Position numbers and translations under genes: made by a program. From a virus (lineage: Duplodnaviria; Caudoviricetes): a DNA stretch of 64,000 nt. Location: positions 1 through 64,000 of the IMG/VR virus record IMGVR_UViG_3300028886_000066. One strand, given 5' to 3'. Of this stretch, positions 57,759-64,000 are shown in pieces; position 1 is the first letter of the stretch, and every line of letters starts with the position of its first letter. The notes below the pieces were generated by a model that was not told the DNA's origin, did not search any database, and worked only from the letters and a program-made list of their open reading frames with translations.

Positions 57759-58362
57759 TGAGGGTAGCTTGCCTACTATTCCCTACGGAAAGGCCGTTCG
57801 TGTGGGTAACTATAAGTTGTGGCGTGGCAAGTATGTGCTGTCTGGCAAGGAGAAGGCGAGTATCGACTGCATCCATGTGAGCAGTCTTGACGGTACGTGG
57901 ATGACGCGCGTTCCTGCTACGTCTGGTATGTTCACGACCATCTGCAACGGCTATGCTACTACTGAAGATGACCTCCGCGCTAAGTTCCTTGGCACGATAT
58001 TCTCCGATATGTATGACATTTGCAACCGTTCATCAGAGGCTCTTCACGATGCGTTCCATTTCCTGCTGGAGATGATGCAGTTCCCGTATCTTCTCCTGTC
58101 AGAGAAGGAGATGAGCCGTCGGATGAAGAGTACGATGCAGGCGGCTGGCATCGGCAAGGAACAGCAGAAGGAGCATATTGCGAAGATGGTGGAGTACCGT
58201 CGCGGTCTCTACGAGCTGATAGAGCGCAAGAAGGATGCTTTCCTTGAGGCTTACGAGCGTCAGCTTGCGGAAGCCCGTGACAAGGAGTCTGAGAGCCTTG
58301 ATGCGCTGCGCCATGACGAGATAGCGGAGCAGGCTGTTGACATACTGAATGAAACGGAATAG
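57739..58362 (+). CDS. Hypothetical protein
   Basis: ~207 aa. Confidence 0.7.
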   Translation: MAKKMISEGSLPTIPYGKAVRVGNYKLWRGKYVLSGKEKASIDCIHVSSLDGTWMTRVPATSGMFTTICNGYATTEDDLRAKFLGTIFSDMYDICNRSSEALHDAFHFLLEMMQFPYLLLSEKEMSRRMKSTMQAAGIGKEQQKEHIAKMVEYRRGLYELIERKKDAFLEAYERQLAEARDKESESLDALRHDEIAEQAVDILNETE

Positions 58363-58404
58363 TATTCTGTGTTCTTGGTGGATGGATAAATAAGAAGGCG
58401 AGGA

Positions 58405-58989
58405 TTAAACCCCCGCCTTCTTCTTTGCTCTCTCAATCATCGGTGCTGCGTTCCGAATGATGCCGTCCATCTCAACAGGTCTTATCTCCCGCTGCCCCTT
58501 CTCGCTCACCCATTCGTTATAGGCGTAGAACAGCGGGCATTGGTTGCACTTCACGGGGAAGTAGAATCTGAACGAGTCCATCGCCTCGTTGGTGGCGGCG
58601 TCGTTCTTTCGGGTGAGGTCTGCGTATTTCATGAACATCTCGCCCCGCTCCTTTGAGCCTTCAGGCATCTTCTTGGCGATTTTCAGTATCTCCTTTGCCG
58701 TCATCTCATTGTCGATTAGCTCGATGTCTGCTGTGTCGCCTGAGAACTCAAGGATGTTGGCGTTGCTGAGCCTGCGTTTCTCGCACAGTTCCTTGAATGC
58801 CATGCTTGACGTTGTCTTCCTCTTGTTCGCGAGCTGTAGCTGCTGTCCGAGTCCTGCGTATTCCGGGAAGGCGATTGTGAATGCGTCGTTCTCCGTGTAG
58901 CCGATGGATAGCAGGTCTGCCATGACCAGCTCGCCGACGCTTGCGCCGAGCTTTTTTGCTTCTAATTTCTTGTTTGTTGATAGTTCCAT
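58405..58989 (-). CDS. Hypothetical protein, possibly terminase small subunit-like
   Basis: 194 aa at the end of the head operon, with a C..CPL motif. Confidence 0.55.
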   Translation of the reverse strand: MELSTNKKLEAKKLGASVGELVMADLLSIGYTENDAFTIAFPEYAGLGQQLQLANKRKTTSSMAFKELCEKRRLSNANILEFSGDTADIELIDNEMTAKEILKIAKKMPEGSKERGEMFMKYADLTRKNDAATNEAMDSFRFYFPVKCNQCPLFYAYNEWVSEKGQREIRPVEMDGIIRNAAPMIERAKKKAGV

Positions 58990-59000
58990 GATTTGTTATA

Positions 59001-59867
59001 TTAACTGTTTAATGATTTCTCGAATACAGGAACAGCATAGCAGCAGCAGTGTCCGTGGAACTGCGGGAATGAGCCTACGTCATCTATCGTGTGCCATCCT
59101 ACGTGAGAGTCGCAAAGAGTGCATGGGTATGTACTTCCTCTGTTTACAATATATCCTGCCGCTCCTCTTTCTTTGAAGTTAAGGATCTGGTTTTTCATCC
59201 AAGCCATCTGCAGTGTAATCTCTGCAAAGCGTAGTATGTTATTTGCCTCGCTGTTTGAACTGCCTACATTTCCATGCTTAACACCTTTGTCGCGCAGGTA
59301 TTTTGCCTGCATCATAACCGACCGTCTAAATGCCGCTCTTACCTCTGGCATGAGATAGACAGCGTGGAGATTTGACTTCACTTTTGTAATGGCTTGTCCG
59401 ATGTTGACGTTAGCCAGCTTTAGTGATGCGACCATCGCCTCAATATCTCGCATGAACATTCTCAACCTCGACTCCAATGTTTGTTTCAGATTATTGTTTC
59501 CGCCCCCCAGTGCAAGAATCCAAGGAAGCAGTACTCCCCTTCTCTTTTCGCTTTTGGTGCATCGCGTGGCGTAATCGAGCGTAAGGCTAAGGATTTCATC
59601 TTCAAGGTCGTTTAGTACATCTGCTATCTCGCCAAACATCTGTTCGTTGTATTTCTGTGATATACTGAATGTCTTAGGGTCGATGTTGTACCGATAGCAG
59701 ATCCTTGTAATCTTCTCTGCTGCATCTTTAAGCAGCGCATCTATGAGCGCAGAAAGCCCGTGTGCCGCTGACTCTCTGCGCCCGATGTAGTTTTGTGCTG
59801 ACTGAATATCCTTGTCGGTAATCGGCTCGTAAATATCCATCAACTGTAAATCAATGCTTTCCGCCAT
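59001..59867 (-). CDS. MuF-like head morphogenesis protein
   Basis: RGS.YPC..CD...HG.CCC C-terminus, downstream of the portal. Confidence 0.7.
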   Translation of the reverse strand: MAESIDLQLMDIYEPITDKDIQSAQNYIGRRESAAHGLSALIDALLKDAAEKITRICYRYNIDPKTFSISQKYNEQMFGEIADVLNDLEDEILSLTLDYATRCTKSEKRRGVLLPWILALGGGNNNLKQTLESRLRMFMRDIEAMVASLKLANVNIGQAITKVKSNLHAVYLMPEVRAAFRRSVMMQAKYLRDKGVKHGNVGSSNSEANNILRFAEITLQMAWMKNQILNFKERGAAGYIVNRGSTYPCTLCDSHVGWHTIDDVGSFPQFHGHCCCYAVPVFEKSLNS

Positions 59868-59871
59868 AATT

Positions 59872-60945
59872 CTAATCTTTTGCGTATTTCCAAATATAGC
59901 CAAAGGCCGAGTGGCTTCTTCCTGCGAGGTTATTCCCTATACAAGTGGTAGTCCCTTGTCCAAGTTTTTTTATAGCATCGTTTATTGACTCGTATTTAGA
60001 TACGAATTTGCCATCCAACGTGTATTGTTCAATGCTTCTTTTAATTTTATTTTTAAAAGGCTTCGGGTCTGGACTCCCTTCGTAACTCCACAAATAACCG
60101 TATGCAGATTTCAGTTTGCCGTTACAACAATTCACAATATCACTGGCTCTATTCTCATTGTTGAGAAATATAGCAGCAAGCTTAACACTGTCAAATGTTT
60201 GTACGTATTCTCCGTTTTTCAGAAATTGACGCACTCTTTTAGATGCGCGTTTTGAAATATCAGGTCTTTCTCCTTTCTTGCCTTTAGGAATGTATTCGTT
60301 ATCTTTTTCTTCTACAATAAATATTTTGTCTTTTATAATTTTGACACCTTGGCGTGTTTTAGTGCGAGAAAAAAGATGTCTTTCGAAACAATTATCTCTT
60401 GCTGCTTCAGATACACTTTTATATTTCTTTAATTCCTCCCCCTTCTCGTTGACAAGAATAACGAATTTCTGATGACTTTTCTTTGTTTCGCTCAAATTAT
60501 CAAAAACCACACCGTTTTTCTGATAACGCAAGGATATTTCTGAAGCGTTGTACGGTTCAGAGGTAAGAGGTTTTTTCTTCCTCCTTTCTATTAGTGTTCC
60601 GTAAGTGTTATTGTACGAATAAGAACACCATTCAAGATTAGAAACGTTCGGGTTTAATTTATTCTCATCTTTGTGGTTGACGCATGGCAGATTATTAGGA
60701 TTTGGAATAAACGCTTGCGCAACTAAAACATGGACGCCCTTTGTAATACAAAAACCGTTCTCTTGGACAAGCCTAACGGTTAAATAACCATCACGCGAAA
60801 CGCCTGGTTTGATTATTTTCTGTCCATATATTAGTTTTCTGCCATTCACATCTATGGTCGTGCGTTTTAGTCGCATGACAACACCATTCTCGTTGATTTT
60901 GTAAATACCTTCAAAACCTAAAACATCCCTCCATTCTTCTTTCAT
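59872..60945 (-). CDS. NUMOD4-HNH-NUMOD1 homing endonuclease
   Basis: EEWRDV.GFEG.Y, H.LVA.AFIPNP..LP.VNHKDENK.N....NLEWC, NUMOD1 repeats; AT-rich; own -7 element at 60990-60997. Confidence 0.9.
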   Translation of the reverse strand: MKEEWRDVLGFEGIYKINENGVVMRLKRTTIDVNGRKLIYGQKIIKPGVSRDGYLTVRLVQENGFCITKGVHVLVAQAFIPNPNNLPCVNHKDENKLNPNVSNLEWCSYSYNNTYGTLIERRKKKPLTSEPYNASEISLRYQKNGVVFDNLSETKKSHQKFVILVNEKGEELKKYKSVSEAARDNCFERHLFSRTKTRQGVKIIKDKIFIVEEKDNEYIPKGKKGERPDISKRASKRVRQFLKNGEYVQTFDSVKLAAIFLNNENRASDIVNCCNGKLKSAYGYLWSYEGSPDPKPFKNKIKRSIEQYTLDGKFVSKYESINDAIKKLGQGTTTCIGNNLAGRSHSAFGYIWKYAKD

Positions 60946-61053
60946 TGTTGTAAGATTTAGCCAGAATGAGTTAGTCCCCATTCTGGCTACAAATGTACGA
61001 TTTTTTTCTGAATTAACCAAACTTGCAATATGATTATTAAAGAAAATTAAGAA

Positions 61054-62811
61054 CTAATTTTGAAGATTCCACTTCTCCCAATTATTTTCGCCTTCTCTAT
61101 TGCCCCACTTGTCAGTATTAACAGTTCGTGGCCTTCCTGCGCCTCTACCTGTCGCGACGCTTCCTTTCTTGCGAGAGACCTTGCGGGCTTGTTTTTCCTT
61201 TCCCTCTTCAATCTTGGCTTGGTTGGCTGCAATCTCAGTCTGTTGTTCCACCTGAATATCGGACAGTTCTTCTTGCATCTCAACGTTTGCGTCGTTCTGG
61301 ATTTCCAGTTTCTTTTCCTGCAGGAGAAGTTCGCGCATTTGTTCGTCATGCTTCTCGTTGTCAAGCCTTGCCTTCTCTGTTGCCGTACTGTACGGATTGC
61401 GCTCGCTTGCAGTCTCCTTGGACAAGAACCCGTTTTGTACGCCAAGAGCCAAATTCTGGCACAACTCGCTTTCGTTGATGGGAATGAACGGGATGCACCA
61501 ATGACTCATGCCGAGATTTACGAAACTAAGTCTTGTTTCTTTTTCGACACCTGCCCCATAAAGAAAGATTGCGACAATATCGTCTATCACTTCGTCGAAC
61601 TCCTGCGACTCATTCAGTGCTTTGTTGTAAGAGTCTGAGTACAAGAGCTTGATAGCTGCGGCAGGGGTGTCACCAGACTTTAGTTCGGGAGCCTTAACGA
61701 CCATCGACATCTCGTAGATTTTCTTCTTTAGTTCGTCGAGCTGAGACTTGTAGGCACCTGAGGCATCTTGTCTCTGCAGGAACTCTGCCTTTCCCTCGGA
61801 AGGAATGAGGAATATCTTCGCGGCGTATGTCATGTCACCCATCGCCAACTGCTCGATATTGCGGCCATTGCCCTTTGTCAGCGCGAGGATGGGTAGTCCG
61901 AATGCTGAATTACTCTGGGCGAGTCTGCTGAAGGCAAGTTCAAAATGCTCGATAGCCTCTTGGCTGTTAGACCAACAAGGGCCGCTGTCCTTTCTCATGT
62001 AAGCAACTGGTATGCGGTCAAATCCGTGCGGCGACTTTTCTTCAAGAGTATAACCTGAGCACTTAAAACCTCCAATAGTGAATTCTTCTTTCTTTTCTTC
62101 TTTGTTGGCATCACCTTCTGACGGAGCGGCATCGACAAGGCGATAGTAATATCTCTCATCCCATACGTCGATGTAATTATGTGAATCGCCGTCATCTCCA
62201 AAATTGACATACTTACGTGCAAATATTTTCAGTTTTCCTGTTTTTCTGTCATGGTGAGGGTACAACTCATCGCCTTTTAGGAAAGACAATACTTTCCAAA
62301 GAAAAACGCCATTATCCATGATGCCGATAAAAGCAGCATCTCCTGTTGCCAGTGTCGACTTTGCCACCTCGTACCATGCACGTTCCATTGACTTTTCAAC
62401 CCAAGTAGCCTTGAACTTGTAAAAGATTTCCCTGTCGGAGTCGTTTTCGGTTCTGTTAGACAGGTCGAACTGAATGTCATTTCCGGTCAGTCGGACGAGC
62501 CTGTCTTCAAGTATCTCCTGTTGGAAAGCAAAGGCATGGCGTTCCCACTCAGTCTGATAGTAGAGTCCGTCATCTTCGTTTTCCATCCAATTCTGATAGA
62601 TGTTCTTATCGTTGATGGCATGAGAGTTGGGGTCGAGTTCTCTGATAAAATCAGCCTGCGTTACGACCTCGTATTTGACGGCGTCATTCATGACAGGAGT
62701 TTCCCCCGTCTCTTCTCTTAGTACGCTTTCCCTTTTGCCTACATCTGCTTTGATTCGTTAACACGGCTTTTTGGTAAGCAGTTCCCGATGTTTAACTTGA
62801 TTTGTTGTCAT
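61054..62811 (-). CDS. Portal protein (in-frame TAA at 62758-62760; open from 62691)
   Basis: SPP1-like HGF..IPVAY, KSGD.P..AIKLLY, LSKETASE; follows TerL. Confidence 0.8.
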
Positions 62812-62865
62812 TGCTGTGAAGTTTAATTGTTAATATTTATCTGAACGTGTGGGCCTCACAGCAGT

Positions 62866-64000
62866 TCAGCTGAAAGAAAATGTTCTTATACTTTTCACAT
62901 GTTTGCGGAGGAACTCGGGCACTTCCGTGTCGGACTCTTTGACATCGAATATCTCGAACATGCAGAGTGCTTCGATGAAGTCTGGAGAGTGACCGACAAG
63001 CGAACGTCTCTTCATGGTGTCTTTCGGTATGAGGCACCACCCTTTGTCCACCTTGCTCATGTCCTGTCTGATAGCCTTGCGCTCTCTTTGTAGGATGAAC
63101 TGCAGGTCGTTGGTGGCTCGTCCAGACTTGAACTGCCTTTTGAGCAGTGTCGGTTCGATGCTCCATTCTCCCTGCTGTGTGTGTTGTGCGAACTTGTATG
63201 CGCACTGCGACTTCATGCAGTCGTAGAGGTTTCTGTCTTCTCGTGCCACCGCTTCCTGGTTGTTGAACGGCACTGCATTAGGGAAAGCGCCCTTGAATAT
63301 CTGCCCGATTCCTTGCAGGTCATACACGAAGTTCTGTTCAAGGACTCCCCATTCGCGCAGCTTAGCCTTTATCAACGGTACGGTATTGTATGGGTCTACA
63401 CGGCAGACGTACAAGTCCTGTACGTGATTCCCGATTTTAAGCCATGTCACGCAGTTATCGCCTCCGTCACCAGCGACGTCGCACGATGCTCTGCGCACAT
63501 GGTCACCCATCATGGCGGCATTACTAAAGCATTTCTCCAAGTGGTACGGCTGTATGAGGTCATCGCCGACGGCTATGGCATCCCAGTTACCTTCCCACTC
63601 CTTTGCGCGTTCCTCTGGCGATTTGTTCAGTATTGAGGCGATGTAGTTAGGGTCGTTCATCAGCAGTGCCTTGTTCTCCATTATGCTGGCCTTGATGAAC
63701 ACTGCTGATTTGACTGCAAAGGACATCTTGTCGTAACCGAAGTCCTGTAGTTTCGGGTCCCATGAAGCGTCAATCTCCTCTTTTGCCTGCTCGTAGACCT
63801 CTTCGGGTGTGTTTCCCCATACTATGTTGTCCACGGAATCGCCTGTGATGAAGAAATAGCGTACCACACCGTTACGCCAAGGTATAGGTAGTCCGTGACG
63901 TTCAGGGTGTTTCTCTCCATCGGGATAGACGGTATCCTTGTCGGCTATCCACCAGTCGACGAACTTCCTGAGCCAAGACAGCGGGTCTGGGTTACACGTT
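62866..64000 (-). CDS. terL: Terminase large subunit (5' end outside the window)
   Basis: TCNPDP.SW, GNWD, CDVAGDGGD, HSPDF.EAL. Confidence 0.9.
   Translation of the reverse strand, partial: TCNPDPLSWLRKFVDWWIADKDTVYPDGEKHPERHGLPIPWRNGVVRYFFITGDSVDNIVWGNTPEEVYEQAKEEIDASWDPKLQDFGYDKMSFAVKSAVFIKASIMENKALLMNDPNYIASILNKSPEERAKEWEGNWDAIAVGDDLIQPYHLEKCFSNAAMMGDHVRRASCDVAGDGGDNCVTWLKIGNHVQDLYVCRVDPYNTVPLIKAKLREWGVLEQNFVYDLQGIGQIFKGAFPNAVPFNNQEAVAREDRNLYDCMKSQCAYKFAQHTQQGEWSIEPTLLKRQFKSGRATNDLQFILQRERKAIRQDMSKVDKGWCLIPKDTMKRRSLVGHSPDFIEALCMFEIFDVKESDTEVPEFLRKHVKSIRTFSFS

Noticed and set aside
1-64000. Stop-codon reassignment, DGR or retron
   Set aside because: Genes are intact under code 11 with all three stops used; no reverse transcriptase motifs seen

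Overview
A 64-kb segment of a temperate dsDNA tailed phage of a Bacteroidota host, probably Prevotella-like. The host call rests on TAnnTTTG -7 promoters, A-rich SD-less starts and Prevotella-type REP-like fragments. The attP is intact, so this is the free, non-integrated form. Left to right: lysis cassette (holin-like, GH19 endolysin, lipoprotein); a leftward accessory operon including a PI-PLC-like gene; integrase-attP (tRNA 3' end-like core)-CI/Cro switch; recombination and replication genes (SSAP, exonuclease, iteron-bearing initiator, primase-helicase); DNA-modification genes (Mom-like, SNF2-MTase fusion, N4/N6 MTase); a second tyrosine recombinase, a motor-only FtsK and a ddrB-ParB-like protein; an ~11-kb array of ~35 small leftward genes; a strand-polarised GC-rich repeat tract; a likely genome end near 54.9 kb; a D5-like helicase; then head genes (MuF-like, HNH, portal, TerL). 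The best candidate for an undescribed system is the small-gene array. Most of its genes carry the same upstream module: a hairpin with covarying stem and conserved loop, then GTACGA, then AAAACTCAAAGATTATG. The array runs into the ParB-like/FtsK/recombinase trio, which suggests a shufflable early anti-defence cassette array. Product names come from motif recognition by eye, not database searches.
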